DNA of 64,000 nucleotides from assembly GCA_963771275.1 (NCBI GenBank), contig CAVYSW010000010.1, forward strand, positions 288,001-352,000, read 5' to 3'. This document shows positions 31,888 to 42,465 of the stretch, one piece after another (the first letter of the stretch is position 1; each line of letters begins with the position of its first letter). Source of the DNA: an uncultured Gemmatimonadales bacterium (lineage in GTDB: Bacteria; Gemmatimonadota; Gemmatimonadetes; Gemmatimonadales; GWC2-71-9). Both the position numbers and the translations under genes were made by a program. The notes below the pieces were generated by a model. It saw only the letters and a program-made list of their open reading frames with translations. It ran no database searches and was not told the DNA's origin.

Positions 31888-34563
31888 ATGATGGACCACC
31901 CGGGAAGACCCGTGCCCGCGGCAGCGGAGGCACTCGCCACGGCCCTCGCCGATTGCTACGTGGTCGAGCGGGAGCTGGGCCAGGGCGGGATGGCGACCGT
32001 CTACCTCGCCCGCGACCTCAAGCATGACCGCAAGGTCGCGCTCAAGGTGCTGCGGCCGGAGCTGGCGGCGGTGATCGGCGCCGAGCGGTTCCTGGCCGAG
32101 ATCAAGACGACTGCAAATCTGCAACATCCTCACATCCTCCCATTGCACGACTCCGGGGAGGCGGGCGGCTCGGTGTTCTACGTCATGCCGTACGTCGAGG
32201 GTGAGTCCTTGCGCGATCGGATCAGCCGCGAGAAGCAGCTGCCGGTGGACGAGGCTATCCGGCTGGCGCGGGAGGTCGCGAGCGCCCTCGACTATGCCCA
32301 TCGCCACGGGGTGATCCACCGCGACATCAAGCCCGAGAACATCCTGGTGCACGATGGGCAGGCGCTCGTGGCCGATTTCGGGATCGCGCTCGCGGTGAGC
32401 AGTGCCGGGGGGACGCGGATGACCGAGACGGGGATGAGTCTTGGGACGCCGCACTACATGAGTCCCGAGCAGGCCATGGGGGACCGAGAGCTCACCGCGC
32501 GGAGCGACGTATACGCACTCGGCGCCACGCTCTACGAGATGCTGGTCGGCGAGCCGCCGTTCACCGGGCCGACCGCGCAGGCGATCGTCGCTCGGGTCAT
32601 GACAGAGACGCCCCGGCCACTGCGCATTCAGCGCCACACGATTCCCGAGCACGTCGAGGCTGCCATCGCGACGGCGCTGGAGAAGCTGCCGGCTGACCGG
32701 TTTGGCTCGGCCGCGGAGTTTGCCACGGCGCTGCAGGACAGCGGGGCGTCGGACCGACGGACCGACGCCACGGTCCGTGACCGCGAGCGGCCGGCTCCGC
32801 CCCCGGTTCGCCGAGCCGTCTGGACCGTCGTGAGCGCCACGGCGATCGGGCTGCTCGGCGTGCTCGCCGCGTGGGGCTGGCTGCGGCGGCCGGCCGCGGC
32901 GGCGGGCGACGTCGTCCGCGCGGTGCTCGAGCTACCCCGCGGCATGTCGCTCAGCTACCCGTCGCTCGCGCTCTCCCGGGACGGGAGTCGCATCGTGGTG
33001 GCCGGTGAGCAGAGCGGCGCGAGTTTGCTGCTCGAGCGATCGCTCGACGGTCTGGCGTTCACGGCGATCCCGGGCAGCGAGGACGGCAACCGGCAGTTCC
33101 TCTCGCCGGACGGCAAGTGGGTGGCGTTCGGAGCCGGCAAGACGCTGCGCAAGGTCCCGCTCGATGGCGGGCCCGCCGCGGACGTCGCCAGGAGCCCGTG
33201 GGCGGGAGGCGACTGGACGGAAGACGGCACGATCATCTACACGCCGGACTACCTCAGCGGGCTGTGGCGCGTGTCCGCCGGGGGCGGGACGCCGGATCGC
33301 CTGACCGCCCCCGATAGCGCGCAGGGTGAGTTGGCCCACTGGTGGCCCCAGGTCCTTCCGGACCACGACCACGTGTTGTTCACCGCGTTCCGGACACCGC
33401 TCGAGCGGGCACGCATCGAGGTCCTGTCCCTGAAGACCGGGCAACGCAAGGTGTTGTTGGAAGGTGGCGTGTCGGGGCGGTACGTGACGGCGGGCTATCT
33501 GCTCTACGCGAAGAACGAAGCGCTGTTCGCGGTGCCGTTCGACGTCGGACGATTGGCGCTGACCGGGCAGCCGGTGCCGGTGATCCAGGACGTCGCGATC
33601 GAAGCGCCGGACGGACGCGCCGGCTTCGCGGTGTCCGATAACGGCACCCTGGCCTACATCGCGGCTTCGACGTTCGTTCCGGACCTCGACCTCGTGTGGG
33701 TCACGCGCCGTGGGGAAGCCGGGGCACCGATTACCACGCCCGGTCGCTTCACTAATCCCGCACTCTCGCCGGACGGCCGGCGCGTCGCGCTGGCCATCGC
33801 CCGGCCCGGCGAGCCGAAGGACGTGTGGGTGCTGGACCTGACGCGCGGCACCCGCACACCGCTTACCTCCGGGGGCGCGAATGACTTCGCGCCGATGTTC
33901 ACCACGAAGGGTGACCACGTCATCTTCGAGTCGGAACGACCGGTCTTCGATCTGTATGAGCGACCGACGGACGGCAGCACGCCGGCGACCGCCCTCCTGA
34001 CCACCGCGTTCGACAAGCAACCAGGGAGCATCACGCCGGACGGTCACACCCTGCTGTTCGCACACAACCTGCTGCCCCACCAGCAGGTGTGGGCGCTGTC
34101 GCTCGGGGACAGCGGCGCCGCGAAGCCCGTGCTGGCATCGGATGCCGGCGACCTGGAGGCACCGCGGATCGCGCCGAACGGACGGTGGCTGGCCTACACG
34201 TCGACCGAATCGGGACGGACGGACGTCTACCTGAGCCCCTACCCCGACGTGACGCGCGCGCGCTGGCCGGTTTCCGCCGACGGGGGAGACGAGCCGCGCT
34301 GGACGCGTGGTGGGCGTGAGCTGGTCTACCGGAGCGGGCAGCGCATGATGGCGGTGACCGTGGATCCGGCCTCGGGTGGGCTCGGCCCGCCAGCCGAGTT
34401 GTTCCGCGGCCCGTACGTGACCAGCTCGGATGGACAGAGCTACGACGTCACGCCGGACGGCGAGCGGTTCCTCATGCTCCGCCGGCCGGCGGGCACTGAG
34501 CCCCGGCAGGTGATCGTGGTGACGAACTGGTTCCGCGAGCTTCGGCGGCTCGTGCCCCGATGA
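31888..34563 (+). CDS. Ser/Thr protein kinase, TM helix, TolB-like beta-propeller (K1)
   Basis: GQGGMATVY, VALK, HRDIKPEN, DFG and GTPHYMSPEQ; TM VVSATAIGLLGVLAAWGWL; SPDG blades. Start may be slightly downstream. Confidence 0.93.
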   Translation: MMDHPGRPVPAAAEALATALADCYVVERELGQGGMATVYLARDLKHDRKVALKVLRPELAAVIGAERFLAEIKTTANLQHPHILPLHDSGEAGGSVFYVMPYVEGESLRDRISREKQLPVDEAIRLAREVASALDYAHRHGVIHRDIKPENILVHDGQALVADFGIALAVSSAGGTRMTETGMSLGTPHYMSPEQAMGDRELTARSDVYALGATLYEMLVGEPPFTGPTAQAIVARVMTETPRPLRIQRHTIPEHVEAAIATALEKLPADRFGSAAEFATALQDSGASDRRTDATVRDRERPAPPPVRRAVWTVVSATAIGLLGVLAAWGWLRRPAAAAGDVVRAVLELPRGMSLSYPSLALSRDGSRIVVAGEQSGASLLLERSLDGLAFTAIPGSEDGNRQFLSPDGKWVAFGAGKTLRKVPLDGGPAADVARSPWAGGDWTEDGTIIYTPDYLSGLWRVSAGGGTPDRLTAPDSAQGELAHWWPQVLPDHDHVLFTAFRTPLERARIEVLSLKTGQRKVLLEGGVSGRYVTAGYLLYAKNEALFAVPFDVGRLALTGQPVPVIQDVAIEAPDGRAGFAVSDNGTLAYIAASTFVPDLDLVWVTRRGEAGAPITTPGRFTNPALSPDGRRVALAIARPGEPKDVWVLDLTRGTRTPLTSGGANDFAPMFTTKGDHVIFESERPVFDLYERPTDGSTPATALLTTAFDKQPGSITPDGHTLLFAHNLLPHQQVWALSLGDSGAAKPVLASDAGDLEAPRIAPNGRWLAYTSTESGRTDVYLSPYPDVTRARWPVSADGGDEPRWTRGGRELVYRSGQRMMAVTVDPASGGLGPPAELFRGPYVTSSDGQSYDVTPDGERFLMLRRPAGTEPRQVIVVTNWFRELRRLVPR

Positions 34564-34644
34564 GCCGGCCACACGAGGACGTGGACGAGGTCGAGGCGCG
34601 CCGCGGGGCGGCGCGGTGACCGGCGCGGTGCCGATGGGGGGGCG

Positions 34645-36900
34645 ATGAGTGAGGTCACGGAGCGCCTGACGCACGCGCTCGACGGTCGCTACGCGATCGG
34701 GCGGGAGCTGGGCCAGGGCGGCATGGCGGTGGTCTACTTGGCGCGCGATCTGCGGCATGACCGCGACGTGGCGCTCAAGGTCCTCCGGCCCGACATCGCG
34801 TCGGAGATCGGCGCGGAGCGGTTTCTCCGCGAGATCAAGCTGGCCGCCCGGCTGACCCATCCCCACATCCTGCCGCTGTACGACTCGGGCGACGCGGACG
34901 GGCTGCTGTTCTACGTGATGCCCAACATGGAGGGCAGCTCGCTGCGCGAGCGGATGGACCGGGAGCGCCAGCTGCCGCTGACGGACGCGCTGGTGATCAC
35001 GCGCGAGGTGGCCTCGGCGCTGGACTATGCGCACCGGCACGGGGTGGTGCATCGCGACGTGAAGCCGGAGAACATCCTGCTGCACGAGGGCGCCGCGATG
35101 GTCGCCGACTTCGGGATCGGCAAGGCGTTGAGCGCCCAGGGCGGGGCGATCACGCAGACCGGGATCGCGGTCGGCACGCCCGCGTACATGAGCCCCGAGC
35201 AGGCCTCGGGCGAGACCGACGTGGACGGCCGCAGCGATCTCTACAGCCTGGGGTGCGTGCTGTACGAGATGCTGGCGGGCGAGCAGCCATTCACGGGCCC
35301 TACGGCGCAGGCCGTGATCACGAAGCGGTTCGTGGCCCCGATTCCCAAGGTGAGCCACAGCCGTGACGTGCCCGACGGCGTGGACCAGACGGTGACCCGC
35401 GCGCTGGCGCGGACGCCGGTGGATCGGTTCGCCTCGGCGGCCGAGTTCGTCGCGGCGCTCGATCTGATCCGGGCCGAGGGTGGCGCCACGCCGCCCGGCG
35501 GGCGGCCGTCGACGCCGCCGGCGCCCCGGAAGTCGATCGCGGTGCTGCCGTTCACCAACATGAGCGCCGATCCGGAGAACGAGTACTTCAGTGATGGCAT
35601 GACCGAGGAGATCATCAACGTTCTGGCCAAGGTGCCGGGGATGCAGGTGGCGTCACGGACCTCTGCGTTCGCGTTCAAGGGCAAGGAGATGGACGTGCGG
35701 CACGTCGGGGAGAAGCTCGGCGTGGGGTCGGTGCTCGAAGGCAGCGTGCGGAAGGTCGGCAATCGCATCCGGATCAGCGCGGAGTTGATCGACGTGGCGA
35801 CCGGGTACCACCTGTGGTCCGAGAAGTACGATCGGCAGCTGGAAGACGTGTTCGCGGTGCAGGACGAGATCGCGCGGGCGATCGTCGACGCCCTCAAGAT
35901 CCGCCTGGGTGGCGACACCGCCGTCCGGCTGGTGGTCCCCGCCACCGAGAACGTCGAAGCGTACACCCTGTACCTCAAGGGGCGGTTCTTCGTGAACCGG
36001 CTGTCCGAGCCGGAGGTGCGTCGCGGCCTGGACTTCTTCCAGCGGGCGTTGGCAACCGATCCGCAATACGCGCAGGCGCACGCGGGGATCGCGGACTGCT
36101 GGTGCAATCTCGCGGACAACTGGGTGGAGCCGGGCGAGGCGTATCCGCGGGCCAAAGCGGCGGCGGAGCAGGCGCTGGCCCTCGATCCGGACCTTGCCGA
36201 GGCGCTGACGTCGATCGGCAAGGTGCGCGGCTGGTACGAATGGGACTTCGCCGGCGCCGAGGAGGTGCTGCGGCGGGCCGTGCAGATCAACCCCAACTAC
36301 GCCGAGGCGCACTTCGTGTTCGGCAGCGCGCTGCCGTCGGTCGGCAAGCTCGACGAGGCCATCGGCGAGATGCGGCAGGCGCTCGTGGTCGACCCGCTGT
36401 CGGCGCACTTCAGTCGCTGGCTCGGCCGGTTCCACCTCTATGCCCGGGACTATGACCGTGCCATCGCCCAGAGCCGGAAGACGATGGAAATGGCCCCCGA
36501 GTATTCCCTGTCGTACCTCGACATGGGCGCGGCCCACCTCGCCAAGGGGGAACCCGAGGCGGCGTTGAAGCACTTCCAGCACGGCCAGTCCCTCAAGGCG
36601 GCGATCCGGTCGTACGACGCGCTGATCGTGCGTGCGCTCGCCGCGCTGGGACAGCGCGAAGAGGCGGACGCGATCATGGAACGGCTGGAGGACGAGGCGA
36701 AGCAGCAGTACGTCCGCCAGGAGGTCCTGGCGGTGGGATACGCGGCGCTGGGCGACGTGGACCGGGCGTTCGCCTGCCTGGACCGCGCGCTGGCGGAGCG
36801 CTCGGCCGGACTGGTGTATGTGCACATCGACCCGGGCTTTGATCCGTTGCGCGCCGAGCCGCGGTACGCGGCGCTGGTGGGACGGGTGGGGGTGAAATGA
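34645..36900 (+). CDS. Ser/Thr protein kinase with TolB-N-like and TPR domains, no TM (K2)
   Basis: Intact kinase motifs, SIAVLPFTNMSADPENEYFSDG and TPR-like helices (ALALDPDLAEA, INPNYAEAH). Confidence 0.93.
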   Translation: MSEVTERLTHALDGRYAIGRELGQGGMAVVYLARDLRHDRDVALKVLRPDIASEIGAERFLREIKLAARLTHPHILPLYDSGDADGLLFYVMPNMEGSSLRERMDRERQLPLTDALVITREVASALDYAHRHGVVHRDVKPENILLHEGAAMVADFGIGKALSAQGGAITQTGIAVGTPAYMSPEQASGETDVDGRSDLYSLGCVLYEMLAGEQPFTGPTAQAVITKRFVAPIPKVSHSRDVPDGVDQTVTRALARTPVDRFASAAEFVAALDLIRAEGGATPPGGRPSTPPAPRKSIAVLPFTNMSADPENEYFSDGMTEEIINVLAKVPGMQVASRTSAFAFKGKEMDVRHVGEKLGVGSVLEGSVRKVGNRIRISAELIDVATGYHLWSEKYDRQLEDVFAVQDEIARAIVDALKIRLGGDTAVRLVVPATENVEAYTLYLKGRFFVNRLSEPEVRRGLDFFQRALATDPQYAQAHAGIADCWCNLADNWVEPGEAYPRAKAAAEQALALDPDLAEALTSIGKVRGWYEWDFAGAEEVLRRAVQINPNYAEAHFVFGSALPSVGKLDEAIGEMRQALVVDPLSAHFSRWLGRFHLYARDYDRAIAQSRKTMEMAPEYSLSYLDMGAAHLAKGEPEAALKHFQHGQSLKAAIRSYDALIVRALAALGQREEADAIMERLEDEAKQQYVRQEVLAVGYAALGDVDRAFACLDRALAERSAGLVYVHIDPGFDPLRAEPRYAALVGRVGVK

Positions 36901-36913
36901 GGGAACGACCATC

Positions 36914-36994
36914 GTGTAGGGTGCAGCGTCCAGCGTGCAGCGGACCTGTCCGCCCGGTGGAGACCCGCTGCGCCTTGCACGCTGCGCCCTGCAA
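36914..36994. repeat. Inverted heptamer-tandem element (GTGCAGC family)
   Basis: GTGTAGG GTGCAGC GTCCAGC GTGCAGC ... GCTGCGC CTTGCAC GCTGCGC CCTGCAA. Confidence 0.75.
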
Positions 36995-37008
36995 GCGGAT
37001 GGCATCGC

Positions 37009-39642
37009 ATGCCTGACCCGGTGAGCCGGCTCTCCACCGCCCTTGGGGATCGCTACGTCATCGAGCGCGAGCTCGGCGCGGGCGGCATGGCGACGGTCTA
37101 CCTGGCGCAGGACGTGAAGCACGACCGCAAGGTCGCGCTCAAGGTCTTGAAGCCCGAGCTCGCCGCCGTCCTGGGCGCCGAGCGGTTCGTGGTGGAGATC
37201 AAGACCACCGCGAGCCTGCAACATCCGCACATCCTGCCGCTGTTCGACTCTGGGAGCGCCGGCGGCTTCCTCTACTACGTCATGCCCTACGTCGAGGGCG
37301 AGACCCTCCGCGACAAACTCAACCGGGAGACCCAGTTCGGCATCGAGGAGGCGGTGCGGATCACGACGGAGGTGGCGGATGCGCTGGACTACGCCCACCG
37401 CCACGGCGTGATCCACCGCGACATCAAACCCGAGAACATCCTGCTGCACGACGGCCGCCCGATGGTGGCGGATTTCGGGATCGCGCTGGCGGTGAGCGCC
37501 GCGGCCGGCGGCCGGATGACGGAGACGGGGCTCTCGCTCGGCACGCCGCACTACATGTCCCCCGAGCAGGCGACCGCCGAGAAGGAGCTGACGAACCGGG
37601 CGGACATCTACTCGCTGGGCAGCGTGCTGTACGAGATGCTCGCGGGGAATCCACCACACGTGGGGGCCTCGGCGCAGCAGATCATCATGAAGATCGTGAC
37701 GGAGGAGGCTGCGCCGGTCACGAATGTGCGGAAATCGGTGCCACCGAACGTGGCGGCGGCGGTCGCCAAGGCGCTTGAGAAGCTGCCCGCCGACCGGTTC
37801 GACACGGCGAAGGCGTTCGCCGAAGCGCTGACCAACGCGTCGTTCGCGGCGCCGGCCGCCGCGACGGCGGCGTCACCGGGCGCGCGGCGTCGGGACTGGC
37901 GGCCCTGGGCGGTCGCGGTCGGTCTTGGGGTGGCGGGCGTCGTCGTGGGGCGCCTGATGGTGGGCCGGGAAGGCCCCGCGCCGATCGTGGCGCGCTTCCG
38001 GGTGCCGGTGGACGCCGAGCGCGGGCTCACCGGCGCGCCGGTGAACACGCTCGCGCTCTCGCCCGACGGCCGTAGCGTCGTCTATGTGGGTCGTGCCGGC
38101 GGGGGCGCGTCGTACCAGCTCTACGAGCGGCGGCTGAGCGAGCTCGATGCGTTCCGGCCGATCGCGGGCACCGAGGGCGGGGCCTTCCCTGCGTTCTCCC
38201 CCGACGGTACGCGTCTGGCGTACGTCGGCGCCACGGGCGTGCAGGTCGTGCGTGTGCCGTTCACCGGCGCTCCGCCCACCCCGGTGGCCGCGAACGCCCT
38301 GGCCACCGCGGGGGTGTTCTGGCTCGATGACGCCACTTTGGTCGCGACCGACGCGCATGGCGGTATCCTGCGCGCCGGGCTCGACGGCACCTTGGCCTCG
38401 ATCGCCACGCCGGATACGGCGGCCCGGGAGCGGAATCTGTACGTGCAGACGACGCTGCCGGACCGGCATACGCTGCTCATGATCGTGTCCACCGGCACCG
38501 GTACCGATGGTCCCGTGGTCGCCCTGGACGTCCGCAACGGCACGCGCGCCACGGTCCTCGAGACGGCGGTCACCGCGGTCTGGTACGCGGACGGCTACCT
38601 GTTGTGGAGCCTGGCGAATGGCGCGCTCCAGGCCGCCCCGTTCGATGCCCGCCGCCATCGGGTGTCGGGCTCGGCGGTGACCCTGGCGGAGGGCGTGCGG
38701 CAGGCGATTGGCGGCGGTGGGCAGGTGGCGGTCTCGGCATCGGGCACGCTGGCGTACCTGCCGGAGCAGCCGTTCACCCTCATGCTCCTCGATCGGAGCG
38801 GTCGGCGCGAGGTCGCGGCCGAGGGGCACCGCTTTCACAGCCCGCGGCTCTCGCCCGACGGCCGGCACCTCGCCATGGACTTCATCCAGCAGGGGTCGCG
38901 GGACGTCTGGACGCTCGATCTCCGCCAGCGCACGCTCTCGCGGCTGTCGTTCGAGAATGACGGTCATGATCCGGTGTGGTCACGCGACGGGCGCTGGGTG
39001 TACTACGTGCACGCCACCGGCATCTGGCGGCGCCGCGCCGACGGCGCGGGTGGCGCCGACTCGGTGTACCAGGGTGCCTACAGCCAGGCGCTCGAGCTGG
39101 CGCCGGACGGTGCGATCATCGGTGCCGCCACGGGCACCAATGGCCTGTACGACCTGGTAGAGGTGTCGGCCGACACGCCGCACGTCCGGACGCCCCTCTT
39201 GGAGACGCCCTACACCGAGGAGGGCGCCACCCTGTCGCCGAACGGGCGCTGGCTGGCGTATTCGAGCGACGAGACGGGCCGTAACGAGATCTATGTGCGC
39301 CCCTATCCCGCCGGCGGTGCCAAGGTGCTCGTGTCACAGGGGGGCGGCATCGAGCCGCGGTGGAGCCCGGACGGACGCTCGCTCTACTACCAGAGCGAGC
39401 ACGACGGGGTGCCGTATCTGTTCGCGGCCGGCGTCGCCACCAGTCCCGACTTCGCGGTCACGAGCCGTACGCCGCTGTTCGACATCTCCCAGTTCGAGCC
39501 GGCCGAGCCGCACGCCAACTGGGATGTCTCGCCCGACGGCACCCGGTTCGTCATGGTGCACCAGGGGGCGCTCATCGAGATGATCTTCGTCCTGAACTGG
39601 CCCGAGGAGGTACGGCGCCAGAACGGCGCTGGCTCGCGATGA
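37009..39642 (+). CDS. Ser/Thr protein kinase, TM helix, TolB-like beta-propeller (K3)
   Basis: Intact kinase motifs; TM WAVAVGLGVAGVVVG; SPDG/WSPDG blades. Confidence 0.94.
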   Translation: MPDPVSRLSTALGDRYVIERELGAGGMATVYLAQDVKHDRKVALKVLKPELAAVLGAERFVVEIKTTASLQHPHILPLFDSGSAGGFLYYVMPYVEGETLRDKLNRETQFGIEEAVRITTEVADALDYAHRHGVIHRDIKPENILLHDGRPMVADFGIALAVSAAAGGRMTETGLSLGTPHYMSPEQATAEKELTNRADIYSLGSVLYEMLAGNPPHVGASAQQIIMKIVTEEAAPVTNVRKSVPPNVAAAVAKALEKLPADRFDTAKAFAEALTNASFAAPAAATAASPGARRRDWRPWAVAVGLGVAGVVVGRLMVGREGPAPIVARFRVPVDAERGLTGAPVNTLALSPDGRSVVYVGRAGGGASYQLYERRLSELDAFRPIAGTEGGAFPAFSPDGTRLAYVGATGVQVVRVPFTGAPPTPVAANALATAGVFWLDDATLVATDAHGGILRAGLDGTLASIATPDTAARERNLYVQTTLPDRHTLLMIVSTGTGTDGPVVALDVRNGTRATVLETAVTAVWYADGYLLWSLANGALQAAPFDARRHRVSGSAVTLAEGVRQAIGGGGQVAVSASGTLAYLPEQPFTLMLLDRSGRREVAAEGHRFHSPRLSPDGRHLAMDFIQQGSRDVWTLDLRQRTLSRLSFENDGHDPVWSRDGRWVYYVHATGIWRRRADGAGGADSVYQGAYSQALELAPDGAIIGAATGTNGLYDLVEVSADTPHVRTPLLETPYTEEGATLSPNGRWLAYSSDETGRNEIYVRPYPAGGAKVLVSQGGGIEPRWSPDGRSLYYQSEHDGVPYLFAAGVATSPDFAVTSRTPLFDISQFEPAEPHANWDVSPDGTRFVMVHQGALIEMIFVLNWPEEVRRQNGAGSR

Positions 39643-39770
39643 GTGAGATCCTCGGACGCCTGAGCGGGGCGCTCGCGAACCGGTACGCCATCGAGCGGGA
39701 GCTCGGGCAGGGTGGCATGGCCACGGTGTCCCTGGCCGACGCGTGGGTGATGAACCTGGTACCCCAATGA
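39639..39770 (+). pseudogene. 43-aa relic of a sixth kinase (N-terminus fused to a short tail)
   Basis: MSEILGRLSGALANRYAIERELGQGGMATVSLADAWVMNLVPQ*; ATGA overlaps at both ends. Confidence 0.8.
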
Positions 39771-42463
39771 CCGACATCACCCGCCTCACCACGGCCCTCG
39801 CCGATCGCTACCGCATCGAGCGCGAGCTCGGCCAGGGCGGCATGGCCACCGTCTACCTGGCCCACGACGTGCGGCACGACCGCAAGGTCGCACTCAAGGT
39901 GCTCCGGCCCGAATTGGCGGCGGTGATCGGGGCCGAGCGATTCCTGGTCGAGATCAAGACGACGGCCAACCTGCAGCACCCGCACATCCTCCCGTTGCAC
40001 GACTCGGGCGAGGCCGACGGGACGGTGTTCTACGTCATGCCGTACGTCGAGGGCGAGAGCCTGAGGGACCGCCTCACGCGCGAGCGCCAGCTGCCGGTGG
40101 ACGACGCCGTCCGCATCGCACGCGAGGTGGCCGACGCGCTGGACTACGCGCACCGCCACGGCGTGATCCACCGGGACATCAAGCCCGAGAACATTCTGCT
40201 GCACGACGGCCGCGCGCTGGTCGCCGACTTCGGGATCGCGCTGGCGGTGTCGCGCTCGGACGGCGGCACCCGGATGACCGAGACCGGGATGTCGCTCGGC
40301 ACGCCGCATTACATGAGTCCCGAGCAGGCGATGGGGGAGCGCGAGATCACGGCCAAGAGCGACGTGTATGCGCTGGGGTGTGTGTTGTATGAGATGCTCG
40401 CCGGCGAGCCACCGTTCGCGGGGCCCACGGCCCAGGCCGTCATTGCGCGGGTGCTGACCGAGGAGCCGCGCGGCCTCACGCTCCAGCGCCGCACCATCCC
40501 GCCGCACGTCGACGCTGCGGTGTTGAAGGCGCTGGCCAAGCTCCCTGCCGATCGGTACAGCGGCGCGGCCGAGTTCGGCGCGGCACTCGCCACCCCCCAG
40601 TTCGTCGCGTCGGCCGGGACCGGGACGCTCGGCACGGCCACTCGTACCGCCATGCCGCCGTACCGCCTCTCCGTCGCAACCATCGTTTTCGCCGCCATCG
40701 CCATCCTGGCCGCCGCCCTCGCCGCCTGGGGCTGGCTCCGCGTGCGGGCTGCCGAGCATCCGCCGGCGACGTGGCAGTACATCTCACTCGGCGACAGCGT
40801 CACGGTGGCGCTGGACTACCCGGCGATGGCGGTCTCACCTGACGGCTCCACGCTGGTGTTCAAGGACCGGCGGCAAAACAGCCTGCTCTGGATCAAGCAG
40901 CGGGGCCAGCTCGACCCCACGCCGATTCCGAGCACGGAGCGCGCGCAGAACCCAATCTTCTCACCAGACGGCGAGTGGATTGCCTTCGTGGCCGACCAAC
41001 GCCTCAAGAAGGTGCGTCGGACCGGCGGCGCCACCGTGACCATCGCCGACTCCGTGGCCAACGGGTTCGGCGGGGCGGCATGGCTGGACGACGGCACGCT
41101 CGTATACATGACGCAAACGCTCCTGACGCTGCGACGCGTAAGTGCCAGCGGGGGATCGAGCACGGTCGCCTTGACCGCGCTGCTGGATAGCGCGCTGGGC
41201 GGCGGGGGCATCGGTCATCCCGTGCCGTTGCCCGGCGCGCGCGGCGTGCTCTTCCAGGTTTGCTCCTCGGGCTGTGTCACCATGAGCATCCACGTCCTGG
41301 ACCTGCGCACGGGGGTCCAGAAGGCGTTGCTGGACGACGTGGCACAGGCCTGGTACTTGCCCAACGGTCGCTTGCTCTACGTGCGGCGTGACGGGGTGGC
41401 GATGGCCGCGCCGTTCGATCTCGACCGCCTGGAGATCACCGGAGAAGCCGTGCCGGTCCTCGAAGGCGTCGAGGTACAGCTCAGCCAGGCCTACGCGATG
41501 CTCGACTGGTCGCCGTCCGGCTCCCTGGTCTACGTCCATGGAACCGGCACCTCCACCGATGTCTCGTTCGTTCGGGTGAGCCGCGACGGTCTGATCGCAC
41601 CGATCGATACCGCGTGGTACGGACAATTCAACTCGCTCTCGGTCTCGCCGGACGGGAGGCGCCTGGCCGTCGGCGTCGGATTGGGAGGCGGGCTCAACAT
41701 CTGGGTCAAGCAGCTGGACCACGGTCCCTTCACGCGGCTCACGTTTAGCAACCAGGACCGCCGGCCGGCCTGGTCACCCGACGGGAAGCTCGTGGCCTTC
41801 GTGCGTGACAGCGCCGGCACCAGCGCCGTGTACGCCCGTCCCGCAGATGGGAGCGGACCCGACCGCCCGCTGGCCCGCATCGATCGTATGGTGCAGGAGA
41901 TCGCGTGGTCGCCGGACGGCGGCTGGCTCGTGCTCCGCACGGACAACACCATGGCCGGCGCGGGTGACCTCGTTGCCGTGCGCACGCGCGGCGACGCGAC
42001 GCCCGTTCCGCTGGTGGCGAGCAGCTTCACCGAGCTGCAACCCGCCATCTCGCCCGACGGGCGTTGGCTCGCGTACACCTCCAACGAATCCGGCACGAAC
42101 GAGGTCTATGTCCGCCCATTCCCGAATGCGAATGACGGCCACTGGCAGGTCTCGAACGGTGGCGGTGAATCGCCCAGATGGGCGCCCTCGGGACGCGAGC
42201 TGTTCTATCTGAACCGCGAAGGCCGCCTCATCGCCGCCGAGGTACAGCCGACAACCACGACGTTCGCCGTGGGCCGTCTCATGCCCTTGTTCGACGCGTC
42301 CGCGTTCTTGAATGACGGCTTCCATCAGGGATACGATGTGACGCCGGACGGCCGATCCTTCATCTTCCTGAGCCCGCGCGGGGGCACCGCGACCAACATG
42401 GCGCCGCAGATCGTGTGGGTGGATCATTGGTTCACGGATCTCGCGGCGCGGTTGAGGCAATGA
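39767..42463 (+). CDS. Ser/Thr protein kinase, TM helix, TolB-like beta-propeller (K4)
   Basis: MTDITRLTTALADRY start, intact kinase motifs, TM IVFAAIAILAAALAAWGWL and PD40 blades. Confidence 0.94.
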   Translation: MTDITRLTTALADRYRIERELGQGGMATVYLAHDVRHDRKVALKVLRPELAAVIGAERFLVEIKTTANLQHPHILPLHDSGEADGTVFYVMPYVEGESLRDRLTRERQLPVDDAVRIAREVADALDYAHRHGVIHRDIKPENILLHDGRALVADFGIALAVSRSDGGTRMTETGMSLGTPHYMSPEQAMGEREITAKSDVYALGCVLYEMLAGEPPFAGPTAQAVIARVLTEEPRGLTLQRRTIPPHVDAAVLKALAKLPADRYSGAAEFGAALATPQFVASAGTGTLGTATRTAMPPYRLSVATIVFAAIAILAAALAAWGWLRVRAAEHPPATWQYISLGDSVTVALDYPAMAVSPDGSTLVFKDRRQNSLLWIKQRGQLDPTPIPSTERAQNPIFSPDGEWIAFVADQRLKKVRRTGGATVTIADSVANGFGGAAWLDDGTLVYMTQTLLTLRRVSASGGSSTVALTALLDSALGGGGIGHPVPLPGARGVLFQVCSSGCVTMSIHVLDLRTGVQKALLDDVAQAWYLPNGRLLYVRRDGVAMAAPFDLDRLEITGEAVPVLEGVEVQLSQAYAMLDWSPSGSLVYVHGTGTSTDVSFVRVSRDGLIAPIDTAWYGQFNSLSVSPDGRRLAVGVGLGGGLNIWVKQLDHGPFTRLTFSNQDRRPAWSPDGKLVAFVRDSAGTSAVYARPADGSGPDRPLARIDRMVQEIAWSPDGGWLVLRTDNTMAGAGDLVAVRTRGDATPVPLVASSFTELQPAISPDGRWLAYTSNESGTNEVYVRPFPNANDGHWQVSNGGGESPRWAPSGRELFYLNREGRLIAAEVQPTTTTFAVGRLMPLFDASAFLNDGFHQGYDVTPDGRSFIFLSPRGGTATNMAPQIVWVDHWFTDLAARLRQ

Positions 42464-42465
42464 GC

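Noticed and set aside
31840..31900. Hammerhead ribozyme (GAAA, GTC and CTGATGA all present)
   Set aside because: The stem II strands do not pair and the base pair next to the cleavage triplet is mismatched.
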